64,000 nt of DNA from an uncultured Leptotrichia sp. (GCA_963524305.1 CAURGH010000006.1:1-64000), one strand, 5' to 3'. Positions 50,501 to 60,327 are shown, counted from the first letter of the stretch. Notes: a model not told the origin generated them from the sequence alone. Made by a program: numbers and translations.

Positions 50501-51010
50501 TAAATCAACACCTCCAGCTAAAAGCCCTGAAACTGCAGTATAATAAGAATGTATCAATTCCTCAAAAGTAACTCCACCTGTAACGCTGATAGATTTATTT
50601 GAAGGCCCTAAAGCTCCAGCCACATATAAATTTCTAGTTTCATTTGGATTTTCAGATTTATACTCATTAATCGCTTTTCTAGCAATTTCAGCTGCAGTCT
50701 TGTTCATTTCAAAAACTTTATCTTCCAAATCGTAATCTTTTAATACAATATCTAACGCCCCAAAAGTGTTAGTTTCAATAATATCACTTCCAGCCTTTAA
50801 ATATTGTTTATGTATATTTTTTATAATTTCTGGTCTTTGCAACACAAGATAATCATTACAACCTTCATATTTTTCTCCACCAAAATCTTCGGCAGTCAAA
50901 TTTTCTTGTTGTAACATTGTTCCCATTGCTCCGTCTAGCAATAGAATTCGATTTTTTAAATCTTGTTGTAACAAATTATATGATTCAATATATTTTTTTT
51001 CTTTTGACAT
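47510..51010 (-). CDS. metH: cobalamin-dependent methionine synthase
   Basis: 1166 aa. Hcy-binding N-terminus, pterin-binding domain, B12-binding motif DVHDIGKN and a C-terminal activation domain. Confidence 0.9.
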   Translation of the reverse strand: MSKEKKYIESYNLLQQDLKNRILLLDGAMGTMLQQENLTAEDFGGEKYEGCNDYLVLQRPEIIKNIHKQYLKAGSDIIETNTFGALDIVLKDYDLEDKVFEMNKTAAEIARKAINEYKSENPNETRNLYVAGALGPSNKSISVTGGVTFEELIHSYYTAVSGLLAGGVDLILFETIQDTRNLKAAYLGLEKAMDENYYVPLMLSFTIESTGTTLAGQTADAFYYAVHHMNPLSVGLNCATGPEFMTQFLKKLNEVSNTYISVYPNAGLPNEEGQYEETPSTLAAKIEPFFQNKFLNIVGGCCGTTPAFIKAIKDKSIGYDPRVIDENKNENAVTGLITLEVPKDRPIYVGERTNVIGSRIFKNLIANEKFDEATEVARLQIKGDADVIDVCLANPDRDEISDMKNFLEKVSKFAKVPIMLDSTDINVIREGLTYLQGKGIINSINLEDGEKKFEKMAKLIKDFGAAVVVGLIDEEGMAVSLEKKIKVARRSYELLTKKYGIDERDIIFDTLVFPVATGDQKYIGSATATIEAIREIKKEMPNVKTILGVSNISFGLPIAGREVLNTYYMNKAYEAGLDFAIVNTEKIIPMNEISDKEKKLSEELLFNTNDDTVANFVAFYREKKGSVKKNLADDKMTPEEKVSNLVVEGSKKDLNALLDILLQKYSPLEIINGPLMTGMDEVGKLFNNNDLIVAEVLQSAEVMKASVSYLEQFMEKTESSSKGKVIMATVKGDVHDIGKNLVGIIIGNNGYDVLDLGINTPAEKIREAVINEKADFLGLSGLLVKSAAEMVNTVAVLREAGIDIPIFVGGAALTEKFTINKIEPSYKNNIVIYSKDAMTALSDLNKMIVSEKFEEFKEYLQKRRDLLLIKDKKALENLKVKPTVSDIKDKDGTFDFSKVKLPEYDFEKIYKPTTLNKQIITNIKAKDVFKYINLQMLIGKHLGMKWIVTDMLEKQDPRAVKLYNEIVDIIIHGDDYFDIKAIYKFFPSRKSKDGKIEILSDDLSTVLETFDFPRQKWGQYLSLNDYVSPEGIDYIGFFVATAGEKSRIVSNEMKEKGEFYRGHIVNSIGLELAEATSEYVHQLMRKEVGIIDKDINIEDILKAQYQGNRYSFGYPACPNLEDQDKLFRLLKPERFGIRLTEEHMMYPEATVSAIVFSQPFCKYFNM

Positions 51011-51253
51011 AAATAATGTAATCTCTCCTTTTTAAAAATTAAAGTTATTAGGATTATTTTATCATAAAAATAGTCATGTGTATATACATTTAACAATATA
51101 TTTTAATAATTTAGTCATAAATAATAATAATTACTAAAAAATATAAAAAAAACGATGTCAAATATATAAAATATATCCAATACAAAACTCCTTATTTTAT
51201 CTACAAAAAAATTTTTTCGTATACTGTTTAACTTTTTTTTAATTAAATTCTAA

Positions 51254-51282
51254 TTGAAAAAATTCTAAAATAGAAGTATACT
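51254..51282 (+). promoter_or_regulatory. promoter of the nrd operon: TTGAAA, 17 nt, TATACT
   Basis: Hexamers with 17-bp spacing. Confidence 0.5.
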
Positions 51283-51309
51283 ACATATGAGAAAAGAATT
51301 TTGAAGAAA

Positions 51310-51325
51310 ACACAAGATATTGTGT
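51310..51325 (+). promoter_or_regulatory. NrdR box ACACAAGATATTGTGT, a 16-bp palindrome
   Basis: Matches the ACACwAtATaTwGTGT consensus. Located between the promoter and the nrdH start. Confidence 0.6.
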
Positions 51326-51370
51326 TTTTTTAGTTGAAATTAATAGATTTAGTAAAAGGAAGTGTTTTAG

Positions 51371-51613
51371 ATGAAAAAATTAATTAAATTTGAAAAAAAT
51401 GATTGTAATCCGTGTGCGATGGTATCGGAATTTTTAGATAAAAAGGGTGTTAGTTATGAAAGAGTAAATGCTTTTGACAATCCTGAAATGGCCATGAAAT
51501 ATAGAGTGAGAACAGTTCCAACTGTTGTTTTAGTTGACGATGAAACTGAAATTAAAAGAAGTATGGGATTTAAAGTAGAAGAATTGAATGAACTTTTGGC
51601 AGAATTAGATTAA
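51371..51613 (+). CDS. nrdH: NrdH glutaredoxin-like protein
   Basis: CNPC redox motif. 80 aa. First gene of the class Ib RNR operon. Confidence 0.8.
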   Translation: MKKLIKFEKNDCNPCAMVSEFLDKKGVSYERVNAFDNPEMAMKYRVRTVPTVVLVDDETEIKRSMGFKVEELNELLAELD

Positions 51614-51655
51614 TTGCTAATTATAAATTGTTCACGAAAAGAGATGATATAAATT

Positions 51656-52021
51656 ATGGTTATATATTATGATTCAAAAACTGGAAATGTTCAACGGTTT
51701 GTAAATAAGGTGAAAAAAGAAAGACCTAATTGGAAATTTGTGAAGATTGATTCTGAAATGAAAGTTAATGAAGAAGGCCATTTACTAACATTTACAACTA
51801 AAATTGGAGAAACTCCAATTCCAACGAGTGAATTTTTAGAAAAAAATAGTAAATATATAAAATCAATAAGTTCTAGCGGGAATATGAACTGGGGTGTTTT
51901 TTTTGCAGTGGCAGCTGATAAAATGAGCGAAAAATATGGAATTCCAGTTTGCATGAAATTTGAGTTGTCAGGAACGCATGTTGAAGTAGAGCACTTTATT
52001 GAATATGTTGAAAAAAACTAG
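51656..52021 (+). CDS. nrdI: NrdI flavodoxin-like protein
   Basis: N-terminus YYDSKTGNVQRFV. 121 aa. Confidence 0.85.
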   Translation: MVIYYDSKTGNVQRFVNKVKKERPNWKFVKIDSEMKVNEEGHLLTFTTKIGETPIPTSEFLEKNSKYIKSISSSGNMNWGVFFAVAADKMSEKYGIPVCMKFELSGTHVEVEHFIEYVEKN

Positions 52022-52088
52022 TATGAATTCAAGAATGTAACAAAAATTTAAATAGTAAAATTAAAAAAGTAAGGAGAATAGGTAAAAG

Positions 52089-54188
52089 ATGGTTGATAAC
52101 AGAGCTAAAAAATGGATATACTTAAATAATGAAATAATGGTTAAAAAAGGTGAAGATTTTCAGCTTGAAAAGGATAAAGAAGCTGTTTATTCATATTTTG
52201 TGGATTATGTAAATAAAAATACTGTATTTTTTCATAATTTAGAAGAAAAAATGAGATATTTAATAAAAAATGACTATTATATCGATTTTTATCAAATGTA
52301 TAGTCACGATGAAATTAAAGAGCTTTTTAAAATGGTTTATGATAAGAAATTTAGATTCGCTTCATTTATGAGTGCTTCCAAATTTTATCAAAGCTATGCG
52401 TTAATGGATGATACTGGAGAAAAATTTTTAGAGAGATATGAGGATAGAATTTCGGCAGTTTCATTGTATTTGGCACAGGGGAACTTTGAGAAGGCAAAAG
52501 AATATGCTTTGATGTTAATAAATCAAGAGTATCAACCAGCTACTCCTACTTTTTTAAATTCTGGGAAAAAGAGATCTGGAGAACTTGTTTCTTGCTTTCT
52601 AGATGAAATGGGAGATAATTTGAGTGGAATCGGGTATATTTTTGATTCTTCAATGAAACTTTCTTCGATTGGAGGAGGAGTTTCGATTAACCTTTCCAAA
52701 ATTAGAGCAAGAGGGGAATCCATTAAAGGAGTGGAAGGTAGAGCTTCTGGGGTTTTACCGATTATGAAAATATTAGAGGATATTTTTTCATATGCAAATC
52801 AGTTGGGGCAAAGAGCTGGAGCTGGGGCAGTTTACTTGAATGTATTTCACTCAGATATTAATGAATTTTTAGACAGTAAAAAAATAAATGTAGACGAAAA
52901 AATTAGAATAAAATCACTATCAATTGGAGTTATAATTCCAGATAAATTTATGCAGTTAGCAATGGAAGATGAAGTTTGCTATACATTCAATCCACACACA
53001 GTATTTCTAGAATATGGACAATACTTGGATGAAATGGATATGAATGAAATGTACGAAAAATTAGTTGACAATCCAAATGTTAAAAAGAAAAAAATAAACG
53101 CAAGAGAACTTCTTGTAAAAATTTCTCAAACACAAAAAGAAAGCGGATATCCTTATTTGTTCTTTAAAGATAATGTAAATAAGGAACACGCATTAAAAGG
53201 AATTGGAACGGTTAAATTCTCAAATTTGTGTACTGAAATAATGCAGTTGTCAGAAGTTTCAGATATTAATGCTTATTATGAAGAAGATACGATAAGAAGA
53301 GGAATATCATGTAATTTAGGTTCATTAAATATTGCAACTGTTATGGAAAATAAGAAAATAAAAGAAGCTACAAAAGCTGCAATTGATTCACTTACAATGG
53401 TTTCAGATTTAACAAACATCGACGTTGTTCCAACAATTAAAAAAGCAAATGAGGAATTACATTCTGTAGGACTTGGAGCAATGAACTTACATGGATTTTT
53501 AGCTAAAAACTTCATTATGTATGAAAGCAAAGAAGCACTTGATTTTTGTAATGTATTCTTTATGATGGTTAATTTCTATTCATTGGAAAGATCAATGGAA
53601 ATCGCAAAAGAAAGAGGTGAAACATTTAAAGATTTTGAAAAATCCGAATACGCTAACGGAAACTACTTCAATAAATATGTAACAAAAGAATACATGCCTC
53701 AAACAGAAAAAGTAAAATCACTATTTGAAGGAATCTACATCCCAACAAAAGAAGACTGGGCAAATTTAAAAGAGCAAGTAATGAAATACGGAGTCTACAA
53801 CGCCTACCGAATGGCAATAGCTCCAAACCAATCAACATCATACATTATGAACTCGACAGCCTCAGTAATGCCAGTAGTTGACACAATAGAAGTTAGAGAA
53901 TATGGAGATAGTACAACTTTCTACCCAATGCCATACTTAACAAATGACAACTTCTTCTTCTATAAATCAGCCTATGATATGGACCAAAAAAATATCTTGA
54001 AACTGATTTCTGTAATCCAAAGACACGTAGATCAAGGAATCTCGACTATTTTGTATACGAAAAGTACAGATAGCACTAGGGATTTGGCTAGACTTTATAT
54101 TTATGCACATCGATTGGGGTTGAAGTCGCTTTATTATACACGGACTAGGAAGGCGACTATTGAGGAGTGTGTGAGTTGTTCGGTATAA
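52089..54188 (+). CDS. nrdE: class Ib ribonucleotide reductase alpha subunit
   Basis: 699 aa. Active-site region NLCTEI. C-terminal tail with CVSCSV cysteines. Confidence 0.9.
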   Translation: MVDNRAKKWIYLNNEIMVKKGEDFQLEKDKEAVYSYFVDYVNKNTVFFHNLEEKMRYLIKNDYYIDFYQMYSHDEIKELFKMVYDKKFRFASFMSASKFYQSYALMDDTGEKFLERYEDRISAVSLYLAQGNFEKAKEYALMLINQEYQPATPTFLNSGKKRSGELVSCFLDEMGDNLSGIGYIFDSSMKLSSIGGGVSINLSKIRARGESIKGVEGRASGVLPIMKILEDIFSYANQLGQRAGAGAVYLNVFHSDINEFLDSKKINVDEKIRIKSLSIGVIIPDKFMQLAMEDEVCYTFNPHTVFLEYGQYLDEMDMNEMYEKLVDNPNVKKKKINARELLVKISQTQKESGYPYLFFKDNVNKEHALKGIGTVKFSNLCTEIMQLSEVSDINAYYEEDTIRRGISCNLGSLNIATVMENKKIKEATKAAIDSLTMVSDLTNIDVVPTIKKANEELHSVGLGAMNLHGFLAKNFIMYESKEALDFCNVFFMMVNFYSLERSMEIAKERGETFKDFEKSEYANGNYFNKYVTKEYMPQTEKVKSLFEGIYIPTKEDWANLKEQVMKYGVYNAYRMAIAPNQSTSYIMNSTASVMPVVDTIEVREYGDSTTFYPMPYLTNDNFFFYKSAYDMDQKNILKLISVIQRHVDQGISTILYTKSTDSTRDLARLYIYAHRLGLKSLYYTRTRKATIEECVSCSV

Positions 54189-54226
54189 ATAATTGAAAGT
54201 TTGGTTGTGTATAAAGAGGTGATATA

Positions 54227-56428
54227 TTGAATAAATTTGAAAAATGGTTATATATTTTGTTTGATAAAACAAGTGTATTAAAAAATTTAATTATTTCTTA
54301 TAATGAAAAAAGAATGGATTTAGAAAGAATTAGAAAAGAAAAGGAGATGCTTGAACTTGAATTAGATTTAATGGAAAAAGATCAAGAAAATTCAGTTGAG
54401 ATACAGCAAAGAAGTAAAAAGATAAACAAAAAATTAAAAGCAATTAGAAATTTAAATCAATTTAAAGAAATAAAAATTAAAAAATTAATTTTAGAAATTG
54501 ATGTATTAGAAAAAAAAGCAACTAGAATAAAAAACAGTACAGAAGATATTGAGGTAAAACAAAATAAGTTATTGAAATTGAAGATGAGGCATAACGATAA
54601 TAATCAAAATGTTGAAATTGATATTATTATTGAGAATTTAACGAATAAATTTGAAGAATTAAAAAATTTACTTAATAACGAAGAGATAACAGAAAATAAA
54701 CTATTATATTGTGAAAAAGAGTTATTAAAGTTAAAATACGGTATTGATTTAAGAAAAAAGTTTGAGAAAAAAGTAGATGACAATAAAGACAAAGAAATAG
54801 GGAAAAAAGAAAAATTTCTAAGGAGTAATAAAATATTTGATTCTATATGGGAAGGTTGGAAATTTAGCGAAATATTAAAGGAAAAAAGAAAAGTATTGGA
54901 AAAAAATAAAACAATTAAATCTTCGGGATACCTGTATCATCAATATTTATTGAGTATCTTTTTCCTTACTTTATCTATAGTTGTTGTTGAGCTTATTATT
55001 ATATTTTTTTTTAAAACTTTACTTGAAAAAATTTTTATATGGCCAATTACTATTTATCTTGCATTATCATTTATATCAATGTGTTTTTATATTAAGACTA
55101 GTTTAGGGGAATTTTTTTATGAAATTTTTAACATTTTTTCTACTGTAGGAGGATTACTTTCTCTTTTTTGCGTAATGATATATGCCTTTACAGACATTAT
55201 ATTAAAGTTATCAAATTTATATTTTATTGAAAATAATTTAGAAACTGAAAGAATAATTTTTGTAATAGGTTTATTTTTATTATTGATATTTTTAATTTTA
55301 AATATTCAAAAATTAATAAATATTTTTAGAATAGAAAAAATAACTTCAATAAAAATAAATATAAATCAAATAATGAGGTTATTAGTAGGTATAGTATCTT
55401 TGTTTTTTGCATATTTTTCAATATTTTCAATAATTAAAAATAATAAAAATATTAATTTAGAAAACACAGATTTTGTTGTTGATATTAAGATACCAAATTT
55501 TGAAACATCTAAAGGTAAAATATTAATAGGTGGAGAGGAAATACCTATAGAAGTTAGAGAAAATAGAATAAAAACTGAAAATAGAAACAAAATAGAAGAG
55601 AAAGACATTATTGTCAATGTAGGAAATGATGAAATAAAAATAATGAATTGTACTAAAAATAATTGTGAAAGTACTAAAAAAGGCAAAGTTATAAATTTGA
55701 AAAATTCAAGTTTTATTTTATTTGAAAATAATGAAAAAAAACATGAATACGAATGTGAGAATAAATATAATTCATCTGAATTAATAGAAAAATGTTATAA
55801 AGAAGACGAAAAAGTAAAAAATATTAACAAGATTATTAATGGAAATATTTTAAAAGGTAAAATATTTAAAATAGAAGATGAGTATTATATTTTTGATAGA
55901 AATACCATAAGTACACTTGAAAATGTAAATTATATAATGCATCCTATAAAAATTTTATTTTTATCATTAATATTTTTTATAACACTTTATTTATTATTCA
56001 AAGGAAATAAAGATTACTATAGTAATCAAAAAAAGGAAAGAAAGGAAAGAAAAAGATTTATTAAATTTTTAATAGGAAAAGATATAAAGAAATATAAAAA
56101 AGATAAATTAAGAGAAGAAATAGAAGAGTTAGAATCCATTTTTAATTTCGGTATATTTAAAGTGTTTTTTACAATACCCCCTTTAATAACAATTATTTTT
56201 GGTGTTTTTAATTTTATTCAAAAACCAGAAATAAATTTTAAAATAAATCCTTACAGTGCTTTCTCAATAATGTTGTTGGTTGTAGTTATATCAACTGTCA
56301 TTTTGTTAATTTTTATTAGATTTATAGTACAAAAGGCAGTAGAAATAATGTTTCTTCCCAAAAATGAATTTTTTGAATTTACAGAAATAATTTTAGAAAT
56401 AATTGGAGAAAATGATGTGGTTGTATAA
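54227..56428 (+). CDS. hypothetical coiled-coil plus multi-TM membrane protein of 733 aa, inserted between nrdE and nrdF. It is extremely AT-rich.
   Basis: ORF track. N-terminal region of about 200 aa is heptad-rich, followed by at least 8 predicted hydrophobic helices. Confidence 0.5.
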   Translation: MNKFEKWLYILFDKTSVLKNLIISYNEKRMDLERIRKEKEMLELELDLMEKDQENSVEIQQRSKKINKKLKAIRNLNQFKEIKIKKLILEIDVLEKKATRIKNSTEDIEVKQNKLLKLKMRHNDNNQNVEIDIIIENLTNKFEELKNLLNNEEITENKLLYCEKELLKLKYGIDLRKKFEKKVDDNKDKEIGKKEKFLRSNKIFDSIWEGWKFSEILKEKRKVLEKNKTIKSSGYLYHQYLLSIFFLTLSIVVVELIIIFFFKTLLEKIFIWPITIYLALSFISMCFYIKTSLGEFFYEIFNIFSTVGGLLSLFCVMIYAFTDIILKLSNLYFIENNLETERIIFVIGLFLLLIFLILNIQKLINIFRIEKITSIKININQIMRLLVGIVSLFFAYFSIFSIIKNNKNINLENTDFVVDIKIPNFETSKGKILIGGEEIPIEVRENRIKTENRNKIEEKDIIVNVGNDEIKIMNCTKNNCESTKKGKVINLKNSSFILFENNEKKHEYECENKYNSSELIEKCYKEDEKVKNINKIINGNILKGKIFKIEDEYYIFDRNTISTLENVNYIMHPIKILFLSLIFFITLYLLFKGNKDYYSNQKKERKERKRFIKFLIGKDIKKYKKDKLREEIEELESIFNFGIFKVFFTIPPLITIIFGVFNFIQKPEINFKINPYSAFSIMLLVVVISTVILLIFIRFIVQKAVEIMFLPKNEFFEFTEIILEIIGENDVVV

Positions 56429-56570
56429 TGGAATATAATATTAAATATACATAAAGTTAAGGAGACAGATTAAATAAATTACAAATTTCTAACCAAGATA
56501 ATAAAATTAAGTTAGAGAAAATATGACTATAAAATAATATTTGGAATAAAAAAGAATATATTATAAAAAT

Positions 56571-56599
56571 TTGACAAAAATCAAAATACAGAGTATACT
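56571..56599 (+). promoter_or_regulatory. promoter-like element TTGACA, 17 nt, TATACT, followed by a weak hairpin plus T-run at about 56660-56700
   Basis: Consensus hexamers in a noncoding stretch. Confidence 0.4.
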
Positions 56600-56856
56600 A
56601 ACTTTAGTGATCGTACTACAAGAATAACCCACTTAATTGTGCGTTGTTGTAGACTGTGGAAAAAGCTCTTTCAATTTTGATAGGGCTTTTTTGCATTTTT
56701 GAATACAAAATAAAAAAGAGGGAGGGAGATAAAAAAGGTTTAAAATATCTAAAATTGAAATTTTTAAAAACTTTTTAGAAAAAGAAAGACCCTTAAACAA
56801 AGGGATTTTGACAAAATTGGAAAATAATCTTAAAATAAATTTTTATTTATAATTCA

Positions 56857-57125
56857 AATGCGATTGAAGATAGCACTCTTACTTTGAAAGAAACGGATAT
56901 TATTCTTCAATATAGGGTTACGATGAAAGAGAAAAGCTTGAAAGAGCATGAGGAAGTGAAGGGGCAGGAATATGCTCTTAATTTTCTGAAGGAAGTTATA
57001 AAAACAAATGAATCTTTATCGCTGAGATTGATAAGGGAGTTTAATGCTCTTGTGTTGTGATGATATTGAGAATAGAGGGAAGTTTAAGAAAAGTAATAAT
57101 GAAATTAAAGAATGGGATTAATCTG
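56857..57125 (+). pseudogene. Fic/DOC-family gene remnant. Only the N-terminal region YNSNAIEDSTLTLKETDIILQYRVTMKEKSLKEHEEVKGQEYALNFL...LIREFNALVL is present, with a stop and frameshift. The HPFx(D/E)GNGR motif is missing.
   Basis: Fic N-terminal motif S-N-x-IE-G/D-x-xLT.xET. No intact ORF. Confidence 0.55.
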
Positions 57126-57283
57126 AATTGGTTATTAATCTATGAGATAGTCGAAGATAAATTAATATTGATTTTATTAGCATCAGGTGTCATAGTAAAT
57201 TATTTTAAATCTTAAATAAAATATGAGGGTTAATTGAGAACGCAAATTGATAAAACAAACTTATCAAGAAAGGAAAACAAAAA

Positions 57284-58288
57284 ATGGAAAAGAAAATATA
57301 CGAAGCAGTAAACTGGAATACCCCTGAAAATGATTATGTGGAAACTTTTTGGGAGCAAAATATAAGACAATTTTGGATTGATACGGAGTATGTTCCTTCG
57401 AGGGATATTGATAGCTGGAATGCGTTGAAACCTGAAATGAAATTGGCTTATTTACATGCACTTGGAGGGCTTACAATGCTTGATACGTTGCAAAGTCATA
57501 CTGGGATGCCTAAAATTATTGACCATATCGATTCATTGCAAAATAGATCAGTACTTTCTTATATGTGTATGATGGAGTCGATTCATGCAAAATCTTATTC
57601 GACAATATTTACAACTGTAGCATCGACTAGACAGATAAATGAAACTTTCAAATGGGTTCAAGAAAATCCTCATTTACAATACAAAGCTAAAAAAATTGAT
57701 GGTTATTATCAAAAGATGAATAATCCTGAGGCTTCAAGACGAGATATCGCAATGGCTTTGGCAGCTTCAGTTTATTTGGAAACTTACTTATTTTATAGTG
57801 GATTCTTTTTACCACTTTGGCTTGCAGGACAAGGAGAAATGGTTGCAAGTTGTGATATAATTAAAAAAATTATTGCAGATGAATCGATTCATGGAGTATT
57901 TGTTGGATTGCTATTCCAAGAATTGTATAATTCGTTTGATGAAGAAACTAAAGAAGGAATAAGAAGCGAGTTGAATACGTTGCTTTATGAATTGTATGAA
58001 AATGAGAGCAGATATACTGATGAAGTGTATGGAGATGTTGGACTTACAGGAGATGTAAAAGAGTATATTCGTTACAATGCAAATAAGGCCCTTATGAATT
58101 TAGGATTTGAAGAAGAATTTGAAGTAAAAAATGTAAATCCAATTGTTCTAAATGGATTAAACGTAGAAACAACTCAGCATGATTTTTTCTCTAAAAAATC
58201 TACAAACTATGAAAAAGCGTTGGAAGTTGTTCATTTGCATGATGATGATTTTAAATTTGATGATGAAGATGCAGATGAATTGATTTAG
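57284..58288 (+). CDS. nrdF: class Ib ribonucleotide reductase beta subunit
   Basis: 334 aa. Di-metal and tyrosyl-radical motifs: ESIHAKSYS, ADESIHG. C-terminal acidic tail. Confidence 0.9.
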   Translation: MEKKIYEAVNWNTPENDYVETFWEQNIRQFWIDTEYVPSRDIDSWNALKPEMKLAYLHALGGLTMLDTLQSHTGMPKIIDHIDSLQNRSVLSYMCMMESIHAKSYSTIFTTVASTRQINETFKWVQENPHLQYKAKKIDGYYQKMNNPEASRRDIAMALAASVYLETYLFYSGFFLPLWLAGQGEMVASCDIIKKIIADESIHGVFVGLLFQELYNSFDEETKEGIRSELNTLLYELYENESRYTDEVYGDVGLTGDVKEYIRYNANKALMNLGFEEEFEVKNVNPIVLNGLNVETTQHDFFSKKSTNYEKALEVVHLHDDDFKFDDEDADELI

Positions 58289-58299
58289 GAATTTTAGTT

Positions 58300-59046
58300 A
58301 TGAAGATTATAATATCACCGAGTAAAACTAAAAAAATTAATAATTTACCAGTTGAATTGAAAAATATTTCAATTAAAGAGAACGATTTTTATCCAGAAAT
58401 TCTTTATCCGAGAATAACTAATAAAATTATTGAGCGAATTAAAATGTTTTCTGTAGAGGAAATTGAGAAAAAATTTAAGTTGAAAAAAGATAAGGCAGAA
58501 AAATTGTTAGAATTTTATCAAAATTATGAAAATGAGAAGAGTGGTAATGCTTTGGCAAGTTATACAGGTGTTGCGTACAAATCGATTGGAATTGATACAT
58601 TTGATATTGAAGATTTTGAATATTTGGAGTCACATTTAGTAATTTTATCAGCTTTGTATGGGATTTTAACACCGTATACTAATATTAAAGAATATCGGCT
58701 TGATATGACAAATTCAATTTTTGAAAATAAATCTCTCTATGAAGTTTGGAAAAGTAGTATAAATGAATACTTTGAGGAAGAAGATATTATTTTAAATCTT
58801 GCATCAAAAGAATACTCGAAATTGATAAAATCTGATAATTTAATTGATTTTGAATTTTGGAATAATACGAATGGGAAATTAAAACAAATTAGTACTAATT
58901 CAAAGAAGATGCGTGGTTTTACTTTGAACTACATTGTAAAAAATCGAATTACAAATATAAATAATTTGAAAGATATTACTTTAAATGAATATATTTTTAA
59001 TAAAGATATGTCAAGCAAGAAAAAATTTGTTTATGTAAAAAAATAA
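58300..59046 (+). CDS. yaaA: YaaA/UPF0246 family peroxide-stress protein
   Basis: The N-terminus MKIIISPSKT is diagnostic. Confidence 0.8.
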   Translation: MKIIISPSKTKKINNLPVELKNISIKENDFYPEILYPRITNKIIERIKMFSVEEIEKKFKLKKDKAEKLLEFYQNYENEKSGNALASYTGVAYKSIGIDTFDIEDFEYLESHLVILSALYGILTPYTNIKEYRLDMTNSIFENKSLYEVWKSSINEYFEEEDIILNLASKEYSKLIKSDNLIDFEFWNNTNGKLKQISTNSKKMRGFTLNYIVKNRITNINNLKDITLNEYIFNKDMSSKKKFVYVKK

Positions 59047-59310
59047 TAAATTTTGATTGACATTGTAAAGAAAATGAGATAAAATTTGGTTCCTTGGCAG
59101 GGGAGCAACAAATTAAAAGGTCTTGCTTTAATAAGTAGGGCCTTTTAAATTTAAACGAAATTTTTATATATTAGGATAAAGAATGTTATCTATAAATAGA
59201 AAGAATTTTCTTTAAAATTATTAAAAAATAGTATTCAAAATTAAAAAAATATTGTATAATATGTGTAATCAAAGATAAATAAAAAATAAAATTAAAAGGA
59301 GAAATCTAAG

Positions 59311-60327
59311 ATGGAGTTGAAAAAGAAATTTGTGTTAGGATTTATGACTTTAGCATTAGCGGTGAGTTGTGGCAATAAATCTGATAAAAATAATGCGAAG
59401 GATTCTTCAGTTAATAAGCCAGAAGTAGAAATTGTTAATAATAATGATGCTGGAGATAGGGAAAGAAAATTAAAGAAATTCATAGATATCAAAGATGAAT
59501 TAAATTCTGAAGAATGGGATATGATGTTTAAAGAAATTAATCCTGCAGAATTAAAAACAGTTGATGGAAATTTTAAGGAACCTGGAGATAATAGCATTTT
59601 ATCATTGGCCTCACTTGGTAAATCTAAAGAACTTGTAGAAGATTACTCTAAAGATATTGTGAACGTTTTAAAAACGGCACCTAAAATGGATGTTTTGGAT
59701 AGAAATGCTCAATCATTATTACAAAATTTAATTGAGGAAAGTAGAACTTTAAGTGAAATTGAAGATTATTATAAAAATGGGAAGTATAAACAGGATAATT
59801 TATCAGCTGTGGATTCTTTGAATAATAAATATAAAGCGATTTATAAAAAAAGAATGGAAAGTTATGAAGTGTTAGTTAAATCAATAGAAGAATATGCTGG
59901 AAAAGAAATAAAATCAGAAAGCAAGAAGAAAAATGTTGAAAAACTTCCAAGTGGTAATGGTAAAATTAGAAAAAATATGGAAAGTTATGTTGAAAAAATA
60001 GAAGAATTTAATTCTTTGGCTTTTGAAAAAAATAGTTTGAAATATTCAATTAAAGAGGCTGATAGATTAAGAAATGCAAGTGATGAAGTAAAAATTCTTT
60101 ATGGTGAAAAAATTTCAAAAATTCAAATAGAAAGCTTATCAAAAAATAATATTGACATTGCAGAATTTGAAAAATTTAGAGAATTAGCACATAAATTGAC
60201 AGAAGATTCATCAGAATTTGTTGCAGCAGTTAGAAGTAATAATAAAACAAGTATTGCAAAAGCAGCTGATAAATATCTTAATGATCAAACTGATTTAGTA
60301 AATAGCTATAACAATGTTCAAAAATAA
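59311..60327 (+). CDS. lipoprotein, hypothetical
   Basis: Lipobox LAVSC. Confidence 0.5.
   Translation: MELKKKFVLGFMTLALAVSCGNKSDKNNAKDSSVNKPEVEIVNNNDAGDRERKLKKFIDIKDELNSEEWDMMFKEINPAELKTVDGNFKEPGDNSILSLASLGKSKELVEDYSKDIVNVLKTAPKMDVLDRNAQSLLQNLIEESRTLSEIEDYYKNGKYKQDNLSAVDSLNNKYKAIYKKRMESYEVLVKSIEEYAGKEIKSESKKKNVEKLPSGNGKIRKNMESYVEKIEEFNSLAFEKNSLKYSIKEADRLRNASDEVKILYGEKISKIQIESLSKNNIDIAEFEKFRELAHKLTEDSSEFVAAVRSNNKTSIAKAADKYLNDQTDLVNSYNNVQK

Noticed and set aside
51011-51370. Searched for an S-box/B12 riboswitch upstream of metH and a T-box near thrC
   Set aside because: The leaders are AT-rich with no conserved GC-rich helices recognisable by eye. None is claimed.
51691-54272. Small ORFs antisense to nrdI and nrdE (51691..51954 -, 52532..52723 -, 53276..53530 -, 53967..54272 -)
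   Set aside because: Antisense to conserved RNR genes. Spurious.
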